A stretch of 64,000 nucleotides of DNA from Sedimentisphaerales bacterium (GCA_963666285.1 OY762711.1), one strand, 5' to 3'. Positions 32,011-42,831 are shown, numbered from the stretch's first letter. Program-made: numbers and translations. Notes: generated by a model from the letters alone, not told the origin.

Positions 32011-35000
32011 TTATTTATTAACCTGATTCATCCATTCACTAACCATAAACTCAAAGTCAGCAATAGTAACAAAACAGTCATCGCCGGCAAGCTCCGCTGA
32101 CAACAGGCAGTTGTCTGGCTCATCTGAAAGCTGCCATTGCATTGCCAGGATCGCAAAATCGTCCAGCCGAACAAAGCCGTCACCATTCAGGTCTGATGCT
32201 ATCCTGTTATTGACGTCAATCACACCCTGGCCTGAAAGCTGCATGACCACACCGTCCCACTCTGCCGTATAAGTATGTGATACTCGAGATTCGATCAGTT
32301 CAATATATACTGACGCTATACCGGCATCATCTGTCACTGCTGTAAATTCCTCTACTGCCCCATCACCATCAGTATCGATACTAAAGATAATTGTCTGGCC
32401 GACAATACCGATATTACTATTGGTTAGAACTGCTTCAAGAACTCCTCCAGCCACATTCGGCGACCAGTTGAATTCTACATTTGCAGCAACCAGAACTGCA
32501 CCATCAATCACATCTCCAATACCATCATGATCAGAATCCGCCTGATCTGCATTTGATACTGTCGGGGCATTGTCAAACGCCATTGCCAGCGAATAATCGC
32601 CCAGGGTCATCGGCTGACCAACAGAGTTAACATACTCCAGCAGGGTCATCCACTTTTCCCAACGCTCCAGGTCAACCATATTATTTTCCCTGTTTAACGC
32701 ATCGGAAACATCACAATATTCCAGCCTATCCAAATCATTGCAATATCTGGTAGACCACTCGACCTCCTCGATCAGCCAGGTATTCAGCTCTCCTGCCTGA
32801 GTAATAGACTGAAGATATTCCAGATAAGTTGCATACCCGTAATTCTCCGGGTTAACCTGCATATCGGCACTCGCATGAAAAATACCAAAATCATCGAACA
32901 TCTCGTGATGAGTACCTTCCGGGGTAAACTTGATGCTATTCTCCTCGTATGTACTGGCAGAAAAACCGGTAAAATACAACCTTGATACAGCATCACGACT
33001 AATCGTATCCGAGGCATTATACGGCGGTACATAAGATATGAATGGATTGGCAGCATTGGTCCAGTCAACCTTTGGACTGTTATCAGGATCGGCACCCGAA
33101 TCTATTATCCACATATCTCCATAATCACCCAACATAGTTCGCTGGCCGATTCTTAGATATTGATACATCTCTTCGAGGGTAAAACCGCAAGTCTCACATG
33201 AGTAGTTATTCAAACTCGAATCATCTGACCAGTCACCATTCAAAGTATTATTGGCATGATAAGTGCCATGCTGACCTAACTCAAGTTTTGGGTTAGATAT
33301 CCTGGCATTCATCCAGCGTATCGGGTCATCATCACCATATGCATTCCAGATCTTTCGTGGTATTACCGCCAGAGAGATAGGGGTATTCTTTCCACCTGGT
33401 AAATCTAACGGAACCTGGTAACCTGCGGCTGCAGGTTCATCTCCAACTCCATTATAACTGTAATTCCTGTTGAGCTCCCATTCTTCCGGACTCAAAATTG
33501 CCGCATCAGTCATCGTCTGGGTAAACTCATTCTGAAATACTCTGCCAAGTGCATCAATTCGTATTATAAAATGCGTATCGCTATTTGACCAGACAGCCTT
33601 TGCCTGCATTGCCTTTCCATATAAATACGGATCAAGCGGCCCATCAAATATGCCGTCACTATCTGTATCAGTATTATTCAGCGGATCGGAAACATCTCCT
33701 CTCCCGTCCTGATCAAAATCCAACTGTTCAAAATTGGGGACAAACGGACTGTTATCGTTAACATCCGGTATCCCGTCATTATCATCATCGTCATCTGCCG
33801 GGTCACCCACACCGTCCTGATCGTTATCCAGCTGGTCGAGATAGTTAATACCGCCATCATCGTTCATATCCAGTCGCGGAGCGTTCGGATGAAGCGGTGC
33901 ATTATCAAAAAGATCAATAATACCGTCCATATCACTGTCACCCCGATTTGTAAACAAACCTGAGACTACCGCTTCCTTATTGCCAAATGCAATATCAAGA
34001 AAATCATCTTCCAGAGAATTCAGCTGGCCGATCGCCAGACCACGAGCCTCGGTACCCTCTGATCCGATAGTACCGGCATACAAAAATTCTGGTGCTCCAT
34101 TCACATTACCGGTATTAAGCCATAGGTCAACTGTACCGCTCCATATCCCGGCACTGCCGCCGACCGCAAAATCGGTCATGCCGTCTCCGTTAAGATCGCC
34201 GCAATCTATGCTTAGCTGGGTTGTAAATGTTTCTTGACAGCGGGCATAGGCAAAAGGACGGGTGCCGGTACTGATTTTATTATAAAGCACCGGGCTGAAT
34301 ACGCCGCTGCCGTCATTCAAATATACATATACATAACTGGCTGCATCGGTCAGCATCAGGTCAACATCTTCATCACCATCCATATCTGCCAGTGCCAGAC
34401 CGTAGCCGTCAATATTCGAGCTTGACTTAGGCGGATAATACGGCGGAAGCTCAGGATTCGGGGAATAGCCCAGATCCTGCCCGGAGATAAGTATTTCAGG
34501 CGTATCCCATATCGGATTACCATAAGCATCATTTCCCAAATTACGAAACAGAACAACATCTGCCAATGAATTTTCCGAAGCGGTTATATCACCCGCTATA
34601 ATATCTATGTCATTATCACCATCAACATCTCCCGCTGCTACGGCACAGGATGCCGTACCTGCATCACCAACAAGCAAACCAACTTGAGGAAATCCTGTCG
34701 ACTGAAAGCTGCCGTCTCCATTGCCCAGGTAAAGATACACTTCACCGCTTAGTATCGGCGGACTGGTCAGGGTATAGTCATCACGCATAGTCAAAACAAA
34801 GTCTGCATTACCATCATTATTAAAATCAGCTGACGCAAGACCGTAAGCATTATGATATGCCTGGTTTATCACAATGCCATTATCTGTAAACGTACCATCG
34901 CCATTTCCGGCAAACAGGTGAATATCGCCATATGTATCACCACTGAGTATATCTGGTATGGTATCGTTATTAAAGTCAGCGATATCCATACCAAAAGCCC

Positions 35001-35133
35001 GGCTTCTACCAGCGATTTCAGCCAGCCGATACTGGTAAAAACCAGGCTGTAATATATCTGCTGTAACAACAGTACTTGTCATAGCAAACAATAATAACGA
35101 TATTAAACTGGCATACAAAGACTTCATAGCCAT
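32011..35133 (-). CDS. Large secreted protein: FG-GAP repeats, TSP3-like Ca repeats, NodB/deacetylase-like domain, Ig-like domain, dockerin-like tail
   Basis: ADFNNDG/GDVDGD repeats; DNAP..NADQADSD; ELGQHGTYH, YVPPYN; SDLNGDGFVRLDDF. Confidence 0.75.
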   Translation of the reverse strand: MAMKSLYASLISLLLFAMTSTVVTADILQPGFYQYRLAEIAGRSRAFGMDIADFNNDTIPDILSGDTYGDIHLFAGNGDGTFTDNGIVINQAYHNAYGLASADFNNDGNADFVLTMRDDYTLTSPPILSGEVYLYLGNGDGSFQSTGFPQVGLLVGDAGTASCAVAAGDVDGDNDIDIIAGDITASENSLADVVLFRNLGNDAYGNPIWDTPEILISGQDLGYSPNPELPPYYPPKSSSNIDGYGLALADMDGDEDVDLMLTDAASYVYVYLNDGSGVFSPVLYNKISTGTRPFAYARCQETFTTQLSIDCGDLNGDGMTDFAVGGSAGIWSGTVDLWLNTGNVNGAPEFLYAGTIGSEGTEARGLAIGQLNSLEDDFLDIAFGNKEAVVSGLFTNRGDSDMDGIIDLFDNAPLHPNAPRLDMNDDGGINYLDQLDNDQDGVGDPADDDDDNDGIPDVNDNSPFVPNFEQLDFDQDGRGDVSDPLNNTDTDSDGIFDGPLDPYLYGKAMQAKAVWSNSDTHFIIRIDALGRVFQNEFTQTMTDAAILSPEEWELNRNYSYNGVGDEPAAAGYQVPLDLPGGKNTPISLAVIPRKIWNAYGDDDPIRWMNARISNPKLELGQHGTYHANNTLNGDWSDDSSLNNYSCETCGFTLEEMYQYLRIGQRTMLGDYGDMWIIDSGADPDNSPKVDWTNAANPFISYVPPYNASDTISRDAVSRLYFTGFSASTYEENSIKFTPEGTHHEMFDDFGIFHASADMQVNPENYGYATYLEYLQSITQAGELNTWLIEEVEWSTRYCNDLDRLEYCDVSDALNRENNMVDLERWEKWMTLLEYVNSVGQPMTLGDYSLAMAFDNAPTVSNADQADSDHDGIGDVIDGAVLVAANVEFNWSPNVAGGVLEAVLTNSNIGIVGQTIIFSIDTDGDGAVEEFTAVTDDAGIASVYIELIESRVSHTYTAEWDGVVMQLSGQGVIDVNNRIASDLNGDGFVRLDDFAILAMQWQLSDEPDNCLLSAELAGDDCFVTIADFEFMVSEWMNQVNK

Positions 35134-35199
35134 ACCCTTTCTGATAAAATCAGCATTCTCTTTTTTAATCTCTCACAAATAATTCGACAGCATTTATTA

Positions 35200-35904
35200 T
35201 TAGCGGCGTTTCAGCAGCAATCCGCCAAAACCAAGTAATATCAGAGTCATAGGTTCAGGAACCGGGGAAACATATTCCCACATTACACCGGCAGAACGCA
35301 TTGATACCCAGCTGCCGTCACTGGAAATTTGTGATACTGTGTACGTCTGCCCTTCAGTAAGAAGAACTTCCTTGCCTATCAACAGCCAGGCATTATTAGC
35401 ACCAAGAAAAACTGTACCAACCGGCGGATTCTCTACTGCTGCCATAGCCATCGCGACTGTTCCGCCATTATTCATATCCACACCTGTATGTACGATCGTA
35501 TCACCATCATTTTCAACTTCTATGGTACATGTTGTTGATAGCGGAGTTGTATCTGGCCAGGTTATATATACGTTATAATACCCTGACTGGCCGCCATCCA
35601 GATTTGTTGAATATATACCATTTCCAAAATATCGACCGGAATCTTCCGGCACATCCCAGTTGTCAACATCCGATCCTGGCGTATAAGAAAAAGTATAAAC
35701 ATCAACCGGATCAGCTACAGTACTTCCATAAGCACTTTGGCTTGCGGTTAAGCCGGGAGCTGTTCCGGCAGTAGTCGAAAATCGCGGCGTACCGGTAAAA
35801 TTCGTACTACCCCTGCCGTCACTATACGGCTCGACAATAAACGCGGCATGAATACTACCAAAAAGAAATAATACCAAAAGTACAACACAAACATAATTTT
35901 TCAT
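35200..35904 (-). CDS. PEP-CTERM protein
   Basis: Signal peptide; C-terminal VPEPMTLILLGFGGLLLKRR. Confidence 0.9.
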   Translation of the reverse strand: MKNYVCVVLLVLFLFGSIHAAFIVEPYSDGRGSTNFTGTPRFSTTAGTAPGLTASQSAYGSTVADPVDVYTFSYTPGSDVDNWDVPEDSGRYFGNGIYSTNLDGGQSGYYNVYITWPDTTPLSTTCTIEVENDGDTIVHTGVDMNNGGTVAMAMAAVENPPVGTVFLGANNAWLLIGKEVLLTEGQTYTVSQISSDGSWVSMRSAGVMWEYVSPVPEPMTLILLGFGGLLLKRR

Positions 35905-35938
35905 TTCAAACCTCCAAATTTTTAATAAATATACAAAA

Positions 35939-36170
35939 GTTAACTCTCATAGTTTTTAAGTTGCAATAACGAAGTGCCTCTGGTAAATCGCCTAAAAGGG
36001 CCTTCCTGCAACACTTATGTTTTAAACAAAGCGTGAGACGATAGTGAATTATTCCTGATGTCAACGTACATCGGGACACCTTAATTTTTCAATTTTCACT
36101 ATTCGTTTTTCACTTAATTGGCCCTGTTCAGGCCTTTGTGTATAATGCTGAACAGTCATAAGTGCGATAC
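35939..36170. repeat. Repeat family A copy with an internal segment also present at about 471-545
   Basis: aagttgcaataac.aagtgcctctggtaaatcgcctaaaagggccttcctgcaac matches the 62219-62445 copy; gaattattcctgatgtcaacgtacatc.ggacacc matches 476-510. Confidence 0.7.
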
Positions 36171-36344
36171 CGCACAAGAAACTAGGCCAACATATAATAT
36201 ATGTCCGACAAAATAACCTTTTTATAACGGTTATTATTCTAAATATTTTATTTTTTGATCTGATGAGTGACAAACTAACACTTAATGTCAAGATAGGAAT
36301 TATAGAGAGAGTGGTGAAATATACTATGACCTAAAACCAACAAA

Positions 36345-36839
36345 CTAGTTAATAAGACTTGAAATATTGCCAAAAAACTCAATTTCATTCTTACGGCATT
36401 CCTCAACTGTCTGCTATTTGGGAAATATCCCTGTCGGCTCCAGGTTAAATTTCGAAAATGACCTCAGTACAGCCTTTCCCATTCTTTTAAGATATGATAC
36501 TAGAAGCGGCTGACTGTAATCATGATGGCTTAGCAGACTCAACGCAAATGCAAGCTGAGTCAGTGAAACATTATAAAATGGCGGATCACATACGATAATA
36601 TCGAATCTTTCAGTTATCCATTCCGGCTTGAGCAGGTCATACCTCCGGTAGCCTCGCAGATCGCTAAACCTTTCATCAATATCGAGTACGGTAACATCAA
36701 CAGACCTCTCACCTAGCTTCTTACCCAGCATCGGACAGCAGATACAGCATGGCCTTTCCCAGTTTAACAATAAATCCGCTAATAGTTCCAGTGATTCATC
36801 ATCGAAAAAGTATTGTTCATTTTTATGATTTTCGTCCAT
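36345..36839 (-). pseudogene. DPPF-type methyltransferase (N6-adenineMlase/EEF1AKMT1-like) with in-frame TAG at 36414-36416
   Basis: EQYFFD, LDIDERF, IVCDPPF; the frame continues past TAG as QTVEECRKNEIEFFGNISSLIN to a TAG at 36345-36347. Confidence 0.6.
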
Positions 36840-36842
36840 AAC

Positions 36843-37469
36843 CTACCTGACCTCTTTAAATTTCTCGCCCCTGAAAACTCGAACCGGGTTACCTCGTTCA
36901 AGATTTCCATGCCCGGCCCACCTGCTCTGCTGATTTTCTGCTTTCATATTATAATTATGCTCTTCCAGCTTTTCATTCAAATTTCGCAAAGCCAGCTTAC
37001 GGTTCATATGCTGACAGCGGCTACCACTTGCCATTGTCGAAATTCCAGTCGGCACATGAGTCACCCGTATCGCCGATTCGGTTTTATTAACATGCTGTCC
37101 GCCCGGCCCTGATGACCGCATTGTCTCAAATCGAAGGTCTTTACTGTTCAACTCCAACTCATCCGGCACCTGGCATAACTCAACACCGACAAACCAGTTT
37201 TTCCTTTTATGGTTAGGTCGATATTGACTTTGCCCGGTCCACTGCACTGTACCGGTCCAGCTGTCGATAAGACCAGTAAGCCCCTCCCCTTTAATAGAGA
37301 TCAAGGCTGACTTAAAAATTTCCGACCGGTTTCCCGGCACAAATTCCAATACCTCCGCATTGCCGCCTATCGCCAATACTTCTCTGCAAATAGCTTCAAC
37401 AATTCTTGCAACAACCCAGCAGCATTCGTCCGGCCCACGACCGGATGTAACCTGTAACCAGTATTCCAC
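36843..37469 (-). CDS. prfH: Peptide chain release factor homolog H
   Basis: LQVTSGRGPDEC, GTVQW...RPNHKRKNWF, RSSGPGGQHVNKTES, LERGNPVR. Confidence 0.92.
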   Translation of the reverse strand: MEYWLQVTSGRGPDECCWVVARIVEAICREVLAIGGNAEVLEFVPGNRSEIFKSALISIKGEGLTGLIDSWTGTVQWTGQSQYRPNHKRKNWFVGVELCQVPDELELNSKDLRFETMRSSGPGGQHVNKTESAIRVTHVPTGISTMASGSRCQHMNRKLALRNLNEKLEEHNYNMKAENQQSRWAGHGNLERGNPVRVFRGEKFKEVR

Positions 37470-37490
37470 TAGTATCTCCTCGTAACTGTA

Positions 37491-39266
37491 TCAATGCCGT
37501 CTGGCATAATATAAATCCTCATTTTCAGCCCACCGTCTAATTATAGCTTTTTCTTCATCTTTGGCAAACCTGTTATACAAACCTCTCACCTGGCATATTT
37601 CCTTTTTTGAAATATATACTTCAATCGTCAGGCATTTTTTCCGCTCGGATTCGGTTTCCAGCTCCATCGACCATATCGAACTCTTTCCCTTATTACATGA
37701 GTGAGCATATGTTGCTACACAATGACGAAGCTTTCGACCCTCAGTTATCAGTTCCCGGCTGGTGACCAGCTCTGAGATTCGCCAGACTCTCATATTATTA
37801 TGTTCGCATTCTCCTTCTATATAATTAAACGGAGCTATACCACTAAACTCCCATTTCAAATCGCTTACACCTGACTCTTTACCAAGTCTGTTATGCCAGT
37901 TCTTCACCGCTCTTAACAGCCTGCCAACTGTACGGCCCTTCATCGAAAATTCAGGCTGCGCCGGGCCGCGATTTTCCGCCACACCCCTATCAACAAACAC
38001 TATCTGGTCTTCATATTTCTGATTCCAGATATAGTCTATTACCGGCCCGACATAAACAACATCCAGCATAGGGTTACGAGCGAGAAATTCGATAACCTTA
38101 ACCCAGAACTCATCATCTCTGAAATCATCTTTCAAGCGAGTTTCTACTATAGCATCTGCCAGCCTCTCATCCCCTCCGGCCGCCATAACCTGGCCCCATC
38201 GAAAAGCCTCTTCAATAGAATAACTATCAGGAGCGGTAAGAAAATAATGTGCCGTTTTCTTTGTCATTTTAATCGGCAATGATTTATTATTACGTATATT
38301 CTTACCAATCCCAATCTGCTTATACACTTCCTGGTATAATTCATTGCCTGTAAGCCATGCCTTATCCATAAATTCCGGCACATCATACCTGGCCCACAAA
38401 TGCCTCAACAAAGAGCAGAACTGCTTATTTCGATTATGTGTAGTAACCTTCCATTCATTAAGCGGCCTGATCCAGCTGTCCCTGCCTTTAACAATTTCAA
38501 AAATAGCCTTTACGTACAAAGGATCATGACAAACCTTACTCCTTGCATCAATATACCTGAATATATCATATATATTTTTTCGATTGGCTGAGTTTGCAAA
38601 ACCTTCATAAATTACTTTTGCAATTTCAGATTTCAAACTCTGCTCGTTTAATTTATTTTCCCGCGCAGCTGCTATCAGCTTTTTAAAGTTTCGTACCCGC
38701 TTATCCTTTGCCAGTAATTTACCACTGTCTTTCTCTCCGCTGTCAATCCCTGATATTATTTTCTTAAATGCTCCATCACGCTCTTTTGCCAGGTTCAGGT
38801 TGCCGCCCATATCAACACCTTCGGCACTACAGCGTAAACAATACATATGCTTTACTATAAGGTGCTCATTTGCAACGGTTATCGTTTTAAGACGACGTTT
38901 CCCTATTCGCCCATCAAGCATACCGACAGCTTTTATGATCAGGTTTCTCGACCGCAATATTTCATCTATACCAAGGGTTAGATATTCTTCCAACGACCTG
39001 GCCAGCCTCAAATTCGTAAAGCTTGGCGTTTCATATCGAAAGTTATCCTGTCCCGAATAATACCACTCTACTTCTTCAGAATAACATTCATAGTCGCTGA
39101 CATATACCGCAGCTGAACTTCTCTTCGGGCCTCTTTTATCAATTGCAATCCACGCCTTATTCCAGTAACTGGAATAGTAATGATTATCAATTCCAAAACT
39201 TATTCGACCTCTTACCGATCCGGCCAAACAGCCGTATATTCTTTTTTGTATCTGATTCCATTTCAT
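37491..39266 (-). CDS. PcfJ-domain protein with an additional N-terminal domain
   Basis: C-terminal ELITEGRKLRHCVATY...LTIEV....QVRGLYNR PcfJ motif. Confidence 0.75.
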   Translation of the reverse strand: MKWNQIQKRIYGCLAGSVRGRISFGIDNHYYSSYWNKAWIAIDKRGPKRSSAAVYVSDYECYSEEVEWYYSGQDNFRYETPSFTNLRLARSLEEYLTLGIDEILRSRNLIIKAVGMLDGRIGKRRLKTITVANEHLIVKHMYCLRCSAEGVDMGGNLNLAKERDGAFKKIISGIDSGEKDSGKLLAKDKRVRNFKKLIAAARENKLNEQSLKSEIAKVIYEGFANSANRKNIYDIFRYIDARSKVCHDPLYVKAIFEIVKGRDSWIRPLNEWKVTTHNRNKQFCSLLRHLWARYDVPEFMDKAWLTGNELYQEVYKQIGIGKNIRNNKSLPIKMTKKTAHYFLTAPDSYSIEEAFRWGQVMAAGGDERLADAIVETRLKDDFRDDEFWVKVIEFLARNPMLDVVYVGPVIDYIWNQKYEDQIVFVDRGVAENRGPAQPEFSMKGRTVGRLLRAVKNWHNRLGKESGVSDLKWEFSGIAPFNYIEGECEHNNMRVWRISELVTSRELITEGRKLRHCVATYAHSCNKGKSSIWSMELETESERKKCLTIEVYISKKEICQVRGLYNRFAKDEEKAIIRRWAENEDLYYARRH

Positions 39267-39437
39267 TTTTTGATCTTCTATATATATAAAAAGGATAAAT
39301 TTCTTTGTTATTTACAAGCCATAATTTTATTAATACTTTTTGCATATTAAACTCCTGTTACACCCTGGGCTTAAACCCAATATTTGTTTTGAAATCTATT
39401 ATCTTATACTGACTCAAATGCCAGTATAAGATATACA

Positions 39438-40847
39438 CTAATCTTCCGGCCGTTCACCTGCCGGTGCCATCTTAACGATCTTTGGGTCAAACCTGGCAAT
39501 CTTCTCTACCAGGTCACTCTGGGCCGACATTACCTCATCGATATTCTTATACGCCATCGGCACCTCGTCAAGCCCGGCAGTTAATACTCGCACACCATTG
39601 GCTTCCAGGAACTTCTTCGCATCATGCCAGGTATAAGTTTCCTTCGCCTTCTTACGGCTCATCCGGCGACCTGCACCATGTGACGCCGAGTTCAGCGACT
39701 TCGGATTACCTTTACCACGCACTACATAACCCGGCGTTGCCATCGAACCGGGAATAATACCCAACGCACCGACACCGGCCGGGGTCGCTCCTTTACGATG
39801 TACAATCACTTCCTTGTCATCATGCTCTTCCTTCCAGGCAAAGTTATGATGGTTTTCGACATCCAGCAAAACCTTAACACCAAGATTCCTGGCAATATGC
39901 TTATGCACCAGTTCATGGTTGGCCGCGGCATAACGACCCATCAGCTCCATCGCACGCCAGTATTCCTGACCTTCATCGCTGTCAATATCCAGCCATGCCA
40001 GGTGCATCAGTTCCTTTGGCAGTTCAAGATGTCGTTTCATCGCAAGTTTACTATAATACGTAGCTATCTCGTTACCAGTACCGCGGCTGCCGCTATGGCT
40101 CAACAATGCCAGGTAGGTGCCGGCTTCCAGTCCGAGATCATACTTTTCAAGCGTCAAAGTACCAAACTCGACAAAATGATTTCCGCTGCCGCTGGTACCC
40201 AGCTGGCTCCAGGCCTTATCCTTCAAACTCTTGACAGTTGAGCTGAATGTCCAATCTTCATCCATGACATCATGCTCACGTCTGCGCTTAAAAGTCGCTC
40301 CTACACCAAAACGAGTCTCCATTTCTAACGCATTCTTCAGCAAACCAAACTGGCCGTTAATCGCTGATACCGGCATATCCAAAACCGTCATCTTCATCCG
40401 GCAGGCAATATCAACTCCAACTGCATAAGGAATCACTGCCCCTTCCGTTGCCAGTACCCCGCCGATAGGCAGGCCATATCCGGTATGAGCGTCCGGCATC
40501 AACGCACCTCGCACCGAAATCGGAAGCTTACACGCATTCTCCATCTGCTCAATCGCAGAATCTTCCATGTCATCACCCCAGCGTTTATAATACGCCGGAC
40601 TCTGACGAGGTACATACATGGCTTGTGCTGCTTTGGTCCGATTCAATACCTGTGCCGTTGCACCAAAAATCTCATCGTTAAAATATTTCTCTGCATTTGC
40701 CACTAAATCCGCAACCTTCTCACGCAGGACACTCTTGTTCTTACCGCGGCCTTCGTCGGAACGAACCCACCGCATGATCGCCTTTTTGATAAGGTCCATC
40801 GCCTCACCCTTCGGCACTCCAAGATTTAATAATTCTCTGGTCTTCAT
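39438..40847 (-). CDS. rtcB: RtcB RNA 2',3'-cyclic-phosphate/5'-OH ligase
   Basis: MPDAH.GYGLPIG, GVDIAC, GSGNHF, HSGSRG, NHHN, HRKGAT, SHGAGR, DEVPMAYK; start set at MKTRELL. Confidence 0.95.
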   Translation of the reverse strand: MKTRELLNLGVPKGEAMDLIKKAIMRWVRSDEGRGKNKSVLREKVADLVANAEKYFNDEIFGATAQVLNRTKAAQAMYVPRQSPAYYKRWGDDMEDSAIEQMENACKLPISVRGALMPDAHTGYGLPIGGVLATEGAVIPYAVGVDIACRMKMTVLDMPVSAINGQFGLLKNALEMETRFGVGATFKRRREHDVMDEDWTFSSTVKSLKDKAWSQLGTSGSGNHFVEFGTLTLEKYDLGLEAGTYLALLSHSGSRGTGNEIATYYSKLAMKRHLELPKELMHLAWLDIDSDEGQEYWRAMELMGRYAAANHELVHKHIARNLGVKVLLDVENHHNFAWKEEHDDKEVIVHRKGATPAGVGALGIIPGSMATPGYVVRGKGNPKSLNSASHGAGRRMSRKKAKETYTWHDAKKFLEANGVRVLTAGLDEVPMAYKNIDEVMSAQSDLVEKIARFDPKIVKMAPAGERPED

Positions 40848-41055
40848 AATATCAATTTCCCTTATCTCAAACATCTGTAAAATTATTGTCTTTAATAAAA
40901 ATAGTATCACCTCGCGAAGCGATCATTATCCACCCTCGCCGTAGGCGTATCCTTTACTGTTGCCTCATCACTTCTGTCCACTGCCTTTTTTTTAGAGTTG
41001 ACACAACTCTCTGGAACTCATCCAAAAGTCTTTTGGATACATTCGACATTCAGTT

Positions 41056-41493
41056 TCATGTTCCACTCACATCACGCGGCAGATTCCTGTCGGCATAAGC
41101 CCATTCAACCTCACGCTCCGTCCAGGTATGACAGCTCGGCTTTACCAGCTCAGGATTATCCAGGCTGCCGGCCTTTATAAATATGTGGTCCGGACATTTC
41201 TCGGCACGGGTAAACAACGGCGAACCGCAATCCGGGCAAAAATCACGCGTTATATCTCGACCGCTGTCTGCTTTTGAGGTATAACTCTTCACCTGCCCGC
41301 TCAATATCTTCAGCTTGCTCTTTTCCGAAACAATACCAACTGTAAACGGACCGCCCGTCGCTTTCTTGCAGTCATCGCAATGACAATAGCTCGATTCACC
41401 AACTTCACCATCATACTCATAGCGAATCCCGCCGCATAAACAACCACCTGTAAACTTACTGTCCATACCTGCTCCTTCTAATAATCCAGCCAC
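41056..41493 (-). CDS. GFA/CENP-V family Zn protein
   Basis: GGCLCG, CHCDDCKK, FCPDCGS. Confidence 0.9.
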   Translation of the reverse strand: MAGLLEGAGMDSKFTGGCLCGGIRYEYDGEVGESSYCHCDDCKKATGGPFTVGIVSEKSKLKILSGQVKSYTSKADSGRDITRDFCPDCGSPLFTRAEKCPDHIFIKAGSLDNPELVKPSCHTWTEREVEWAYADRNLPRDVSGT

Positions 41494-41520
41494 GGTAAAA
41501 CCGTAACATTAGCTTGCCAT

Positions 41521-42561
41521 TTATTTCTTATTTCTAATTACTCTTACTTCATACAGATCTTTATCAAGCTTCTCAACTTCAAAATCGACATCAAGAAACT
41601 TCTTGATAGTTTCAATATTCGTCAGCGAATGCATCGTCAGCGGCACCGTTCGGAACCGACCGCCGCCCGCCATGGCAAACGGTATCAACAGCTGATCTGC
41701 CAGGTGCCTGCCAACCGGCACTCCGGCCGCCAGATATTCTCTCGCCTCTTTCACCAGCGGCACCGGAACCTTATCCGCAGGAACACTTCGCATGCCAAAA
41801 CCGGTAAACATCTCGGTTACATTCTCACTTCTAACCTCGGCGGTCACCAGGTTACCAGGCCCGATAGAGTCCTTAACCTCTACCAGCTCCAGCCAGTTTT
41901 TATCCCAGTTAAGCCGCTGCTTGATCACTTTCAGCTCACGATGCCCGATCTGCTCCGGCAGATTCGCGACATATGCCTTTGCCCGGCGAGCAGTAATATC
42001 TCCACGCTCAATAAGTTCGATCCTATCTAGTTTCTCGACCGGCTGAATCTCAACCGTAAACCGGCCGCCGCCCGCCGGATAGAAACCGGGCCGCTTCAAA
42101 TTCATTTTCACACTTGGACCCATCCTGTTAATAACCGGTGCAAAACATTTGTCAAGATAATCAAACGGCGGTGCATAAGGGTTATGAGTACCACCCTCCA
42201 GGGTAATCTTGGTATATTTATCTGCAACCAGCAGCGGCGGCAGAATCGTCTGCAATACCAGAGTAGTACTACCGGCACTGCCGATTGTAAAATGATACTT
42301 ACCGGCATTCACTGTCTGCGGCTCAAATGTTATCTTGCGTGAACCAATAGTATTTCCGGTAACCTTCGCACACCCTACCTCAGCAGCGGCATTAACAGCT
42401 GTTAGATGCTGACGCATCAGGCCAGGCTTCTTGCGCCCGGCACGAATATTATCTATCTCAAACGGCCTGCCTGTCACCAAAGACAACGCCAGGCTGCTGC
42501 GGACAATCTGGCCGCCGCCTTCACCGTATGAACCGTCTATTTTTATCATTTCATTCTTCAT
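41521..42561 (-). CDS. rtcA: RNA 3'-terminal phosphate cyclase
   Basis: IDGSYGEGGGQ, RAGRKKPGLMRQH, GGTHN..APP, GFYPAGGG, HLADQL. Confidence 0.95.
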   Translation of the reverse strand: MKNEMIKIDGSYGEGGGQIVRSSLALSLVTGRPFEIDNIRAGRKKPGLMRQHLTAVNAAAEVGCAKVTGNTIGSRKITFEPQTVNAGKYHFTIGSAGSTTLVLQTILPPLLVADKYTKITLEGGTHNPYAPPFDYLDKCFAPVINRMGPSVKMNLKRPGFYPAGGGRFTVEIQPVEKLDRIELIERGDITARRAKAYVANLPEQIGHRELKVIKQRLNWDKNWLELVEVKDSIGPGNLVTAEVRSENVTEMFTGFGMRSVPADKVPVPLVKEAREYLAAGVPVGRHLADQLLIPFAMAGGGRFRTVPLTMHSLTNIETIKKFLDVDFEVEKLDKDLYEVRVIRNKK

Positions 42562-42648
42562 ATCATTCTATCATCAAATATTTATTATCTTAACCAGATT
42601 ACACAATATTATATTATCATAAGTAGTCATAATTTAACATTATTTATT

Positions 42649-42823
42649 ATTTCAATCTAAACCACTTTGAGCAAAGCGAACACCTCGGCTCTTCGTCCTT
42701 CACATATTTTCTCGGGCAGGACGTGGAAGACCAGGTACCTTGCAGCTGTTTTCTGCAAAAATCCCCGGCTTCCTGCCCGGGAACAATACCGGCTGTTTCT
42801 CCGGCATGTTCCATCGATCAAAT
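42649..42823 (-). ncRNA. Putative structured ncRNA, element E1
   Basis: Closing stem, GATCGATGG, two long hairpins (GGAACA..TGTTCC; CGGGCAGGA..TCCTGCCCG), and AGGTGTTCGCTTTGCTC shared with E2. Confidence 0.5.
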
Positions 42824-42831
42824 TCATCCAA

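Noticed and set aside
40954..41049. 31-codon ORF between GFA and rtcB
   Set aside because: Too short, with no RBS or recognisable motif.
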